DNA from: Perkinsus olseni
Taxonomy: Eukaryota
Direction of reading: 5' to 3'
NCBI GenBank assembly: GCA_013115125.1
Contig: JABANN010000340.1
Location: 1 to 37,399, forward strand
Length of the DNA: 37,399 nucleotides
In this document: positions 21,205 through 33,248 of the stretch, piece by piece
How positions within the stretch are numbered: position 1 is the first letter of the stretch
Layout of the letters: each line of letters opens with the position of its first letter
The notes under the pieces: generated by a model
Told to the model about the DNA's origin: nothing
What the model saw: only the letters and a program-made list of their open reading frames with translations
Database searches by the model: none
Translations under genes and position numbers: made by a program

Positions 21205-24200
21205 ATGCGTGATGGCCGTAGTGCATGTGCCGAGGCGTCGTGGAGCCTGTGTATTGTGAGTATGCTTTTCCATTGCGTCACTGGAAGTATTCAGTCCCCT
21301 ATCAATTCACCTGAGCCTTTGTCTACGTCGTTCTCATCGCTGGAGGTTGCCACCTCAGTTTGTTTCCAATGCGTCTCTTACTCTCCTCTTTACCGTTCCT
21401 TGGATGGTTACAAGTGTTGTACATGGGATGGGGCCCCTGGTACTCAGACGAGACGAGGAATCTGGTACGTTCGCAGTGCCCAACGTCCGAGCGTCTGAAT
21501 GGCGTCCCGTAGGCTGCGTACAGTAGTCACAATGACTGGCAGCAGATCGCTTTTCCCGTGTCTGTTCACCTAGGTGAGGACCGCTGCCTACACTAGCGAG
21601 ATCACGACTTTAAATCGAGGTCAGCACCGGACCTACAGACTGTCCTTTCGGCGGTATCACCCGGGGTACGGCGGACGAGATCAGACGGCCTTCTTATTCA
21701 TACACGGACACCTGGTGAGACAAACCCTTGCTCTTCCTCAAGTCACTGCTCATGCGTTGTGCTCATCTCAGGGCAGTTACCGTCAAGGTTTCAACATAGC
21801 CGAGTGGTGTACGACGAATCGAAGTGTTTGGTATACCATAGACTACGCCCCAGCGTCTCTCGCAGCATGCCGAGCATGCGAGATTCAATCCCAGGCTGAT
21901 TACGCGGCGACGGTCCTCCAGGATTTGAAGGAGCATCATCGCCAGGTTGTAGTGGTCGCCCACTCTATGGGTGGCATCGTCAGCGACCTCGCCCTCGCCC
22001 GCCTCGACGACGACCTCGATGCCGTCAGCAGCATACATCTCAATGTTCCATGGTCTGCCGGGCATCCGATTTTCACGCATCCCGCCTTGGCCATGGCCGT
22101 TTTCGGAAGACGTGGCAAAGCGAGTACTGGGCGAGTACGCATATCTTTCTCAAGCGGGCTGCGAGATAACGTAGTACCGACAATATTCACGGAGCCGGGA
22201 ATTCTCGATTTGAGCCGAGTGAGGAACGTCTATGAGAGTTTCACCCATGTCAATCTTCTGTTTTCGAGGCCCGTCCTCAGCATGTTCAAAGAGGAGCTTT
22301 TGCCGCTCATTTTGGAAGATCAGAGTGCTGTCTCAAGAGCAGCGGGAAAAATCCACGACCATCTCTCTGACGGGTTAGGGCAGCGCAAGCGGCCCAGGCA
22401 GCTGCACAGCAGCTCGCGCGATGATACTGGAGAAAGTATCGCAATGGCGATCGACCGGATACGAAGAATCGAACCAGGAACGACCATCCTTCAGGTGGAG
22501 GGGGTTCGAGGCTACTGGGAAATCAACGCCGTCAGCGTGATGCCGAAAACAGCGCTTCCTGCCAACAAGGTAGAATCTGGAAGTGCTGGCGATGACTTCA
22601 ATACGGCTGATTTGACAAGACCTGTGCTGAGCGTTTCCATCAAGTCTCTACAAGGTGATTGGATTCCTGTGCCGTGTGACTACATCGCACACCCGCGGAG
22701 GATCAGCCTCTGCATAACGAATCGTCAAGCGCATGAGGAGGAGTCGGCCAGCTCTATCGGCAGCGTCGTCATTCGTGTCGAAACAGAATCCCCTGTTCTG
22801 GTCTTACTAACCTGTACACCCAGGAGACAGGCTGAACTGGGTGTCTTGGGCGGCAAACTAGACTTGAGTACCGAAGTTGTTTGCTCGGTTGCGAAGGGGC
22901 CGCTCCCGTTGATAGCCGACAAGGTCCGAGGTTTGGCAATCGTTCCTGCTGGGCACGCGCACGGGAGCGCACCTTCTTCGACCGACCATGACTACTTAAT
23001 TGTGCGGACACCGCAGCATGAGCTATACTTGGCTCCATTGCGGTTAACATTCAGCGTAGACCTAGAGCGACTAGTAGTGAACGCAGTGCGTGAAGGGACG
23101 GGTGAGAAGACCAACGATCCCCCGACCCTTCAAGGTACCTCCCGCAGGCCGTCACCTCAGGTTCGGCGATAGTAACCTTCCTGGTCGCGTTGAGGCCCAA
23201 TACGGATTGTTTGGGGCTGGCTTTAACTGTGCTCCTTGTAGGGATCGTGACTTGTCTCTCGAGCAGCGGGGCGTGGGAGGTGAGATCCCCTTGCTGACAG
23301 ACGACTTCGTCGCGCCATATTTTCTATCATTGCCGCTCCCCAGGCCATTCCCGCACTTATCCTGATTGGCGCATCAGCGGCAGCAGGCCTGAGTCTGAGC
23401 TGCGTATTACCCAGGAAGTATCGTCCGGTCCCGAGACGCGTGCTGGTCTTCTTGGTGGTTTTCACCCCTGTGGCAACTCCCTTGTCCATTCTCTTCTGTG
23501 GTCTTTGTCACCTATTCGCCGGGAGTCCGGCGTGGGCTGTAGCTTCAGGTGAGCTCAAGGGACATTTCCTTTTTCCGCTGCTGTTTGAAAGAACCCCTGG
23601 AATGGCATACTATCAACGTTTTCACCTCTTTCGGGATCCGCCGAGAAAGTTAGATTCCAGCCGCTGAACGTTTCCCAATATTTTCAAAACAAAACCATTG
23701 GTGTTGAGGACAGAAGGAGACAGTTCGACGGATGCCGGTTCAAAGGGATAGGACCTTTCGCAGAGGAACGGTAAACCTGGAACCCGAGCGTGGCTGAAAA
23801 TTAGGCACATCTCCGCGGGATTTTGTTCTTCGCTGAACATCTAACTTTCGCTAGCAAAGTAGCTCCGATTAACCAGTGTGTTCAGACTATATCATTCATT
23901 AATGCTAGAAGGCCCTATGATAGAAACCTTCCTCGGTTCAACTATCAGCACTCCCATTTGATGAGATTTACACCGTTCACTCATCTGTCAGTCCTCGTGA
24001 GTCACCAATCCATACTATGCTTCGCTGTTCACATATGGTACACAAGGGAAGTGCCCAGCATGATCGGATTGGATGCCCAATCGGTTCTCGATAACGTCAT
24101 GGCTCTATCGAGTATCGTCTTACTCTGGCATGTAAGAATCATCCAGTGGATTGTCATGATGATCGATAACCTCGTTTCCTGTCAGGACTCCGAGTCCGCA

Positions 24201-24386
24201 AGAGGGAGCTCATTTGCTGTGGGAGTTTCATTTATTTTGCCTTTCATCGTCGTAGTGAGCAGTTCCTATGTCACCAGTTTATGGTGGGGTTTTTTTACCA
24301 CTGGCGTGATGGAAGTTCTATGTAGAACTGTGGTTGTCAGAAGTCAGTCATCGCACAACGAGAGACAGCCAACGGTAGATGATTGA
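21205..24386 (+). CDS. PGAP1/Bst1-like GPI inositol deacylase (alpha/beta hydrolase + C-terminal TM region); start approximate
   Basis: FLFIHGHL|GSYRQ (intron removed), YTIDY, IQSQADYA, nucleophile elbow VVVAHSMGGIV, SSGLRDNVVP and THVNLL. Hydrophobic C-terminal exons run to 24386. Confidence 0.75.
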
Positions 24387-24642
24387 TGATTTAAATGAAA
24401 TATTTGTTTCCTCCCAGACGGTTGTTTTTCGCGACCAGCTGAACGCCCCAAGCCGTGTTGCGTGATGACATCGAAAGCTCGGCTGGGGTGAGTTACAACG
24501 ATTTAACCACGGTGAGACACGCCGCACGGTCACTAGTGAACGCAACTTTCCTCGAAATACCATAACACCATCACGATATAGATATAGATATCACATGAAC
24601 ATAACAAAAAATGGGAAGTTGACTTCCTCTTCAATGCATGGT

Positions 24643-27600
24643 TTACTTAGCCTTCTTCTTAGCTTCAGCTAGAGCTACTTGGAAGACATCGACCCAGGCC
24701 CATTTAGACCTCTTGTTATCGTCCACTCCCCAAGGCCATGGGGTCTTCCTCTTTCCTGTGTAATGCTCCTCGATTTTCTTGGCGAGAGCCAGGCATTTGC
24801 CGTCCTCGAATGGACGGCAAATGACCTGCACACAGTCCGCTGAGGTACGAAGGTGCTGCAATAACCTCAGCCCCACCTGTATGCCGATGGGTAGCTCATC
24901 CTTGTTGTTTCTGACTGTCACCGTAACCGATGGGAATCCCAAAAGATTCGATGGCCATATGTACTTGAGCATGTTTGAGACCAAAGTACCGTCGAACAGA
25001 CCTGGAATTCTGCTCAAGGGACAGACGTCTTCTCGGGGATGGCCAGAGGAACCGTATAAAGGACTGATCCTGTACTAGGACTATTCTCTTCGTCTTACCA
25101 TATGAGCTAACTCCTGATCCGATCGGCTGCGCGGGAATCGCCATGGCCGGAGTCATAATCACATCCATCTTCTCGAACTGCTCCATCCTGACAGATCAAC
25201 AGCCAACCTCTGGAGGTACGATGAAGCTAACTGCACTCCACGTACCATTTCTCCGAAGCCCACCTCTTCACCTTCTCTGCTGCAGCGATAGCCTCCTCGT
25301 CGATTTCACTTCCGAGAGCGAGGGAAATCTGAGTTAAAGTGCTTTCCTCGTTGGTGAAAGGATCTCCTGCTGAGGATAATAATATTATCATAATACCTTC
25401 GTGTTCGGCTCGAGTATGCTATATTCGTCGTCCTTATGGGTTTGATGAAATTCAGCGGCGATGGTCAGAGCTGAAGTATTTGCGAGAGACAAAGGGATAG
25501 CGAACAATCCGAGGGGTAGATCTTTACTGTGAGCTAAAGCTTGATCTTTCCAGTGGGTCATGACAAAGTTATCCTTGATACTCCACCCCGGCTGCTCTTG
25601 AATCCAATCACGGACTTCGTAGAACATCTGAAGGTTGTAATATTCCGTTGGACTTCGGCAGTTCAGCTGTGACGATATACTCACCGTCTCGATCTCAGGA
25701 TCGCTATCATGCACCCAGGCAGTATCATAACCGATGGTGAAGTTGGGGTTCTTCTCGTACAGCGGAGCGAAATTGATTTTCGGCATGGGGACTTCGAACT
25801 GGTCGCGGTAGACCTTGTCGTAGAAGTGGTCACCTGACAGCGCACAATTAGATTGTTCCTGTCATAGCTTCTCCAACCCACCCTGGTTCTTAGTATTGGC
25901 GATCACGCTCATGACGATGGCTGCGTCGGCGACGTTAGCAGTGATCGGACCACAGTGGAGTGTGGTGAATACCTCGGTCTCAGCGTTGTGGTATCTGACC
26001 TGAAGACGGCGGCGAGCGCGTGCAAACGATACACAACGGAGACGTCGACTTACTGTGCCGAAAGTTGGGATAGCTCCGTCGACGCCAGACCACGAAGCCG
26101 GATCACGAACTGATCCACCTCCGTCGAATCCAATGGCGAATGGGAACTGACAAGATACTCCCTCTTCCAAGCAAAGATAGATTTTCGCTCACAAGTCCCA
26201 AGGCCACCCCAGTAGCGCTGCCGCTGGAACTGCCACCGGTATAGCGGGTACGGTCGAAAGCATTCAGAGGTCCGTGGTACCAGACTGATGAGAAAGTCAA
26301 CCGAATACGTCATGGCAAGGGGTAGGCGGGAGCTAACGGACCATTGTATCCAACAGGGCTGATACCATATTCATGCATCACGCTTGTACCGAAGAGTATA
26401 GCTCCAGCATCGAGGAGGGCTTGTACGACTGGATCGTTCTTGGTCTATCATGATGACGGTGTTAGTCAGTCTGTGGAAGAAGAAGTGTACTTACGGCGGG
26501 TCTGGCCAGGCGAGGGTTCTTCGAGTTCCTAGGATTGGTTCCCACGAGTTCCGTGAAGTTTTGTATCTGAACCCCGCGAACTGCGAAAGTGAATGATCGT
26601 TTTCTCAGAACTCCCGGGCTACACTCATTTCATCTTTGACAATGAACGGTATGCCGTCCAACTTGGACAATTGCTCGCCACGCTCGTAGCGTAACTTGCT
26701 TGCTTGGGCCGCCTTCTTGACTGTCGACCAAGGAGTTTGCTCTACCATGAAGTGAAACTCCTCATCCAGAGTGATCATCCACTCGTAAACAGTCTGCACG
26801 AGGAAAACGTGAAGGTTGGTCATCAAAGGTGAGAAGGCCTACGCCCGCAACGTCTACTGGACTAAGCCGGCCTTCCTTGTATGCGTTGTGGTACTCCTCG
26901 ATCGAGTGATAGGTTCTTATGCTGCGTCGGTCAAGGATTCCGTCCTGATTATAATAAGTCTCCAATTAACAAGAGCACGCGAACCACTAGCGGCGGACTC
27001 ACTTGGCTCGGATTCGAATCAGATCCCGCTTCCGATGATCTAGCTTCCTCGTCTGACAGATAAGAAGATGATGATGAATTGAAAAGCCCTTGGACACGGG
27101 ATTGTCGGTGCATTGAAGGAACCCGTCCTTGAGTCTCACCAATCTTGTAAATGGGCCACTTCATCCTCTCGACATCGAGTCCTGCGGCGAAGACCTTTAG
27201 TTCGCTAACCTGATGGATATCCACTACAGCGAGGATGACGCCACCATGCGGTCAACAGGTTGAACAGTTGAGGACGGGTTTTGTATACAGAGATACTGTA
27301 AGTTATCTCAGATAACCAAGTAAACTTACTCCGATATCCTTGAAGGTCTTTCTGGATACGAGTCCTCGTACATTCCGTCTCAGGAAACTGTTACCAGTAA
27401 CGAGGGAGCCAGCGGCCTGAATGGGGAGGTGTTTATCTACACTTCCCCATATCTACTCCTCCCAGCATGGCGACGGTGAGCGCTACTGAAGATCGGTGGT
27501 GACAAGGACTTCTCACTCGCAGAGGGAGGCCAGTCATTGGCACTAGGTTCATGGCTTTGAAGTCGTAGTTCTCAGCGGACTGTGCCCTTGCTTCGGTGGC

Positions 27601-27965
27601 CTGCCCAGTAAGCCCGGCAGATACGCCCGGCCCGGATAAAGTATCCGTCACGCCGCGCATTGCCTCGGTGACCGTCTTGTCGGTTTCCTTCTTCTTCGAT
27701 TTCCTCTACGATTGGAACAATCTACACCCTTCTCCTGGGTAGGGACTCACCGAAAACTTCTTGCGAATAGACGAACCCTTGGATCGGCTCGGACCAGCCT
27801 GAGGGAAGAGAATACAGCGTATTCCTTATTCGGGAATGAGTGCAGCGATCGGTCCAGAGGTGATGCGGCTCTGTATGGCAAGACAGGCGGCCTCCTCCCT
27901 ACTGTGTTTGAGGCAGCCTCCAGACGTGCTGCCAGTGAGAGTACCACTGCGAGTGTGACGCGCAT
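24643..27965 (-). CDS. Amidase-signature (FAAH-like) amidase 1 with predicted signal peptide, multi-exon
   Basis: LDGIPFIVKDE (catalytic Lys), TSVMHEYG, YTGGSSSGSATGVALG, GFDGGGSVRDPASWSGV (nucleophile Ser), NLLGFPSVTV, LPIGIQ. Exon 1 is MRVTLAVVLSLAARLEAASNT. Confidence 0.9.
26191..26552. repeat. 362-bp near-perfect direct repeat of 34768-35129
   Basis: Offset 8577 bp. One mismatch seen (26303 G vs 34880 A). The tract includes two whole introns. Confidence 0.92.
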
Positions 27966-27999
27966 TTAGAGTGTGAAGACAAGTCTGTGATGATTCGTT

Positions 28000-28826
28000 C
28001 ACTTGGGCTGACCATGGAAGTCTCTATCCGCTCAAATCGTCGGGTACCAATCCGCTCGCCCTGGAATCGAGACCGGAGGGGCGACGCGAGAGCATCGTTC
28101 AGGCGCACGGGCCGTGCGGCACGGCCAAGGAATCTATGCGACCCCTCCAAAGCCTCAGAAGGGAATTCCAACACATCGAGTGGAAGTTCGTCTTCTCCAT
28201 TGAAGATGTCCATCATCCATGCTTCCGTGCAAGGCCATGATGTGCATCCTACACAGCACGTGAGTGGTGTTTGCTTTCCAGTCACTGCCGCCGGCAGTCT
28301 GCCGGTCGCCAACAACGGACGGATAAGAAAATAAATGAAGGGGCCCCGTTAGCATTGACTGTATGGGACTCGACATTGAGAACGGGAATCCCGTTACGTT
28401 GAGTGACGGGCCGTTACTGTGCCGCGTACCTCGCTAGAGACGCCGCCAGTGGAGCAATCACAGCTGTTCTTCAAGGAGACCTCGAGACCAATATACAACT
28501 CGATATTACTACGGAGGCAGCAGTATTTACGTTGGATAAATGTCGGCGGGATGAACGTCATTGCCGTATTGCTCACCCTTACCTACCATCCAATCGGATC
28601 GTCCTCAGTTCCATGTCGCGCTTCATGTACACGGTCCCCTTGTCAATGCGAAGTCGTAAGGTGCGCTGGGAAGCCTTGAAATAATGCGAGATCCTTGGCA
28701 AGACTGAGAACTCAACGTCCTGTTTGGTACTGCAGAGAGTATTCGTGCTGCCCGAGGGCGTGCAAGATGAGACTCTTGCCGAGTAGCGGGGGCAGAAAGG
28801 CGCCGAGCAAGCGGCTTCTTCAACAT
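28000..28826 (-). CDS. Small multi-exon hypothetical protein, possibly PH-like (3' end uncertain)
   Basis: ATG at 28826. A 50-nt GC-AG intron (28779-28730) gives MLKKPLARRLSAPATRTKQDVEFSVLPRISHYFKASQRTLRLRIDKGTVYMKRDMELRTIRLDG. A later exon reads LTCCVGCTSWPCTEAWMMDIFNG. Confidence 0.4.
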
Positions 28827-29094
28827 TCTGTGATAGACTTTCTATCGAAAAAGGAAATCGGAACCTAGCGGAAGATTTCCGCTATTGGTAGAGCGAGACT
28901 CGGCGGCTGTCGGATAGAATAATTTTAGAGACGGCGCGAGGCCTGACAATCTACTGTTTAAAAATCTTTGATCGACAAACGTTTCTCTCGCAGCTGTTGG
29001 ATGAGTCCCATAGGAACGACATATGGTTCTCTATGAGAGAAACAACATAATTTGGTTTCACCGGAATGACTATGGTAGTTCCATCTCGGACGAA

Positions 29095-32000
29095 TCACAG
29101 TAATTCATGCTTGAAAATCTCCGGCTTGGCCCTTGACGCTTCCGTCCTTGCTTGGAAGTCACTGGCCACCTTCATCAGTCTGTCGTCTTCCCAATGCCGG
29201 CCGATGATCTGAACACGTCAGAATACATCCAAGAGCTGATGAGCCAGCATGAGCGTCGTCAGACCTGCAAGCCTATGGGCATTCCCTCATCATCCACACC
29301 CATCGGGACGCTTATGGAAGGATAACCGAGCAAGTTGGTAACCCACGTGGAACGAAGCAACTTCTCTTCGAGATTCGGATCGAACGGGCCTAATCGTGAA
29401 TTGATCGAAACATAGGGAGATCCGATCGGCGCGCCTTACGGTGATTGAAGTAATCCTCCGGGATGATTGGTGCGGTTTCATAAACAGTGGGAACGGCCAC
29501 AAAATCGACAGTTCGGAATAGAGCCTCCCTGAAGTGCAACATCAATGATGGTATCACCCTTGACAAACTATATGATAATTGTTATATATCTCTTTCTGTG
29601 CATGGCACCCAAATGAGGCAGAGGTAAGAGTCTAACTCAGCCGGTGCTGGCGTTAGGCTGTCAACTCACACACATGGTATCACTGGAGTCGTGCAGACGT
29701 TTCGAGGAGTCCGAGGTTACGCGATCACAGTCCTTACCATTTGCCCATAGCCCAGCCTCTCACAGCTGCCACCGCCTCGCTCTTCCTCTGCGACTTTGAG
29801 ATCTGCCTGGCCAGAGCTATCGACATCTGAGAATGATGCTCTATGGCAGTTGACCCAGGGTAAGGAGAACTGAAGGGCCCCACCTGAGAACTCCTCTCGT
29901 AGCTAGAGAGACTTCCGTTACGAAGCAGCTCCCCATACTCAGCAGCAAGGGAGAATACTAAACACACGAGTCCGTATCCACACTCGGTAATCGTGCAGGG
30001 CTCACTTTGCGTCTTCTGCTGACCAGCCATCTGTGGCATGGTGAAGTACTTGAACTTCCAACCCGGCATTTTCTCGACGGCGCCGTAGAAAGCCTAGTGG
30101 GAACGAATCCGACCGCTACAAGCATGGTAAATCCCACCTTGATAACCGATTTGGAGCAAGAGTCCACCCAGGCTCGGTAAATGCCAACCGTCACCGTGGT
30201 TTTGGGAGGGTGGGTGAAAGCTCTTAGATGCATCCTCGGCACACCAGTTTGGTTGAACTCTTTCTTGTATAGAGAATCGTACAAGCTTTCTTTCCCTATA
30301 CCACGAGGACGGAACCATTTCATCGCAGGTAGACTGATGGGCCCCAAACGTAAGCTAAGTTGAACTATCTCGCAGCGGATTCGCTTTCCTCACTGGGTCT
30401 AACTCGCCAAGAAGCTCACAACTCATTGCTCTCGGCATCTCAGAGGTAGCGAAATGGTGAGAACTGCGGTTCACATCGCCAGACTATCCCCCCTAGCCAA
30501 GCAGCGGTCCTCCCCCTACCTCCATTCTCAGCTATCACGGCCATAACATGAGCGGCATCTTCAGCGTTGGCAGTAATTGGCCCCAGGTGAACGTTGGTGA
30601 AAATCTCTGCAAGAGGACCATCAAGGGGAACCTGAAGAGGTCCGATGAGGTCCACAAATCCCCACCGCGCCACCGCGCTGAACGGCACGCCCATCGTTAG
30701 TGGGTTCCGCTGCTCCTTATCATTGAATACAACGTCTGACGAGCTCAGAAAGGGACCTCAGTCAAGAGGCCATGCAGGGGGTGACGGGACTACAGCGTCG
30801 TTGGCGTCGCTGACGCTTCCACCGCCAAAATCCAAGAGGAGCCTTCTGGAGGAGACACATGCTTACCCTGCCGTAGGTCGGGGCCATGCCTACCACACCA
30901 GTAAGGGCGGCTGGGCTACGGTTGCATCCATTGGCATCCGTGCCGATCGCGAATGGGACCTACGATAGAGCATCCGAGGAGTTCCACCCCTCCGGATTCG
31001 GCCTACCAATCCCATGGCCACCGCGACGGCGATCCCTGAGGAGCTCCCTCCAGTGAAACACTTGGGATTGTGCGGGTTCAGAGGACCCTTCTTCCACCCT
31101 GAAAGGCGGGCCGTCAACGTCGCACAAGCTATCACTACTTACCGTTGAATCCCGTTGCACTCAGTCCGAGCTCACTCTGAGTGCCGACTCCGATCAGGAT
31201 CGCTCCTTGGCTGAGCAGCCTGGCCACTACACGATCATGCTGCTCCTAAGAGGCCGGTGTTAAACCATCGAGGTTCGTGTTAATGAGAGCTCTCACTGCA
31301 GGATGTACGGTCCATCCAACCTTGCTGTCGGTTCTCCTGCCGGCCATCGTCCGGATACCCTTAACCTATGGTCGAATAAGACGATTCAACCAGCCGGGGT
31401 CCCATCCCGTTGTGCTCACATTGATATCATTCTTTACCATGAAGGTGACCCCATCCAGCATGGACAAAGGCTGGCCTGCTGCGAACCGGGCCTTGCTGGC
31501 CTCGGCCATCGCGAGGACCTCCTTGCGTGGCAACAGCTCTTCAACAGCATTCACCACTCGGTTCAACCGGACCGCTGCCTCCATAGCGCCCTGAAAGGCT
31601 CGATCGTCGAGTGGCAGCTCGACTGGAGGCTCCTCAGCGAGCCCACCTCAGCCACAGTGACGGGGTCAGCGGAACCGGAACGGAAGGCCCTATGCAGATC
31701 TTCAATGGACGTATAAACTCGCTTCTTCCCTCGGGGACCGAAGTAGCGTGTTACATTCTGAGATAGGCACGCCCGCTTCACACGGTCGCCAAACAGTTAG
31801 GCTCACATTCTGAAGGGATGCTTCCTCTTCCTTGCTGTAGCGCAGGGCCTCGGAGTGGGCCTTCTCGCCTGACAGGAAAATCGCCGAAGCTGCGATGTGA
31901 CTCACTGAGGCCTACTCAAACGTCTGAGAGGGCGGTCCAGTGGAGGGTATCGGGACGAGTTAACTTCAGTCCCCCAACGCTCGAGGCATCGGCCCTGAGA

Positions 32001-32370
32001 GATATTCGCTGAAGAAGGAAGTGCGAAGCTCCAACTTACACCGAACTTGTAGATGGTGTCAGCTCTCGCGGGCGCCGAAAACCATCTCCCTAGGAGGAAC
32101 GCGCTCATCTGAGAGGGTCCAGTAAGGCCTCGATTCGTACGTCGGCGTAGAAAGAGATCGCCGCCCTCCCCACCTTGAGGGTGACTCCAGAATAGCGAAT
32201 ATGCTGGCCTTCCCTCATGTTAAACCGAGCAGTCTCTAACTCGTCGCAAACGACGCCAAATCCGAGGACCTGCGAGAAGGTTACCGAACATAAGGTGCCT
32301 CGAAGCTTACCTTGGCAGGTCGCGTGACGAGCAGAAGCAATGGCGATATCAATAGTCGGAAACTGGGCAT
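29095..32370 (-). CDS. Divergent amidase-signature protein 2 (Cys at the nucleophile position) with predicted signal peptide
   Basis: [25 protein letters not shown]..., [86 protein letters not shown]...[21 protein letters not shown]...FKHELL*. Confidence 0.88.
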
Positions 32371-33248
32371 GATGATGTCCAGAAAACTGAGCACGAGTTA
32401 CCTTGCGCAGGCATTCTCTGGTGTCACGCTTATCGTGTTCACGTCACGCAGGACTTGCACGCAGGTCCAAGCGCGGGAAAGGCCAAAAGGCTCGAATGTT
32501 CTTTCTTTCTCAGCTGATCATCCTTCCGTTCACCGAGCTTATACCGTACGGAGTTGAAGAGTCAGAGGGGGAACGCGGAACAAGGGCATGGTTCTTAAGA
32601 ACGACCTCATTAGGTTGGGCGGAAATCTGTGCCCGAACCGAGGATAGAAGCAGCGGGATTCGCCCTGCCAGGCCTACGGAAGAGGCTCTCCCCTAGGTTG
32701 TCATACTCTACGAGGATCCCTTAAAGTTCTTAACGAAACCTCGCGATTGGCATGCTTTGAAAGCTCCAACTCGTTCGCAGGGGAAGGTGTGAGAAGTGGC
32801 CTTGTTGAAGTAGCATTTTGAAGGTTGTAAAGCGAAGCTCACAAAAGGCGTTTTCACTTCCGCGATCGAACCAAGTGTAGATGGCCATCGCGAGGCACGC
32901 TGAGTTGAGGTTGGATCTCGAGAGGGTTCTCAAAGTTTGACGGGTTCCCTTTTTAGCAGTCATGCCCGTTGCCCAGACTTGCAACTCGATACTCGATGGT
33001 AAACGAGGAAAAACGAGTAAGCGCGTAACATCGAAGTTAAGTGAAAGAACCGAAAAAACGAATGTTCATAGGAGTCTCCTGCGAGGAAATAACTCCTCCG
33101 AAATAGCTCAGGAAAGTAACTGAAAACACGAGTTAATCGAGAAAGTGAGCGAAATGGAGACTAGCATTGCTAGTCTAGCAACGCCCCAAAGTGAGGCAGG
33201 CCGAGGTCCGCGTCTTCCACCAGCATCAGCCTGAGTCATCCACTGTGA

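Noticed and set aside
27799-27902. VGRRPPVLPYR... as a transit peptide (shared VGRR with amidase 3)
   Set aside because: The shared VGRR is the translated splice donor gtagg(g/a)agg. The segment is better explained as intron 1.
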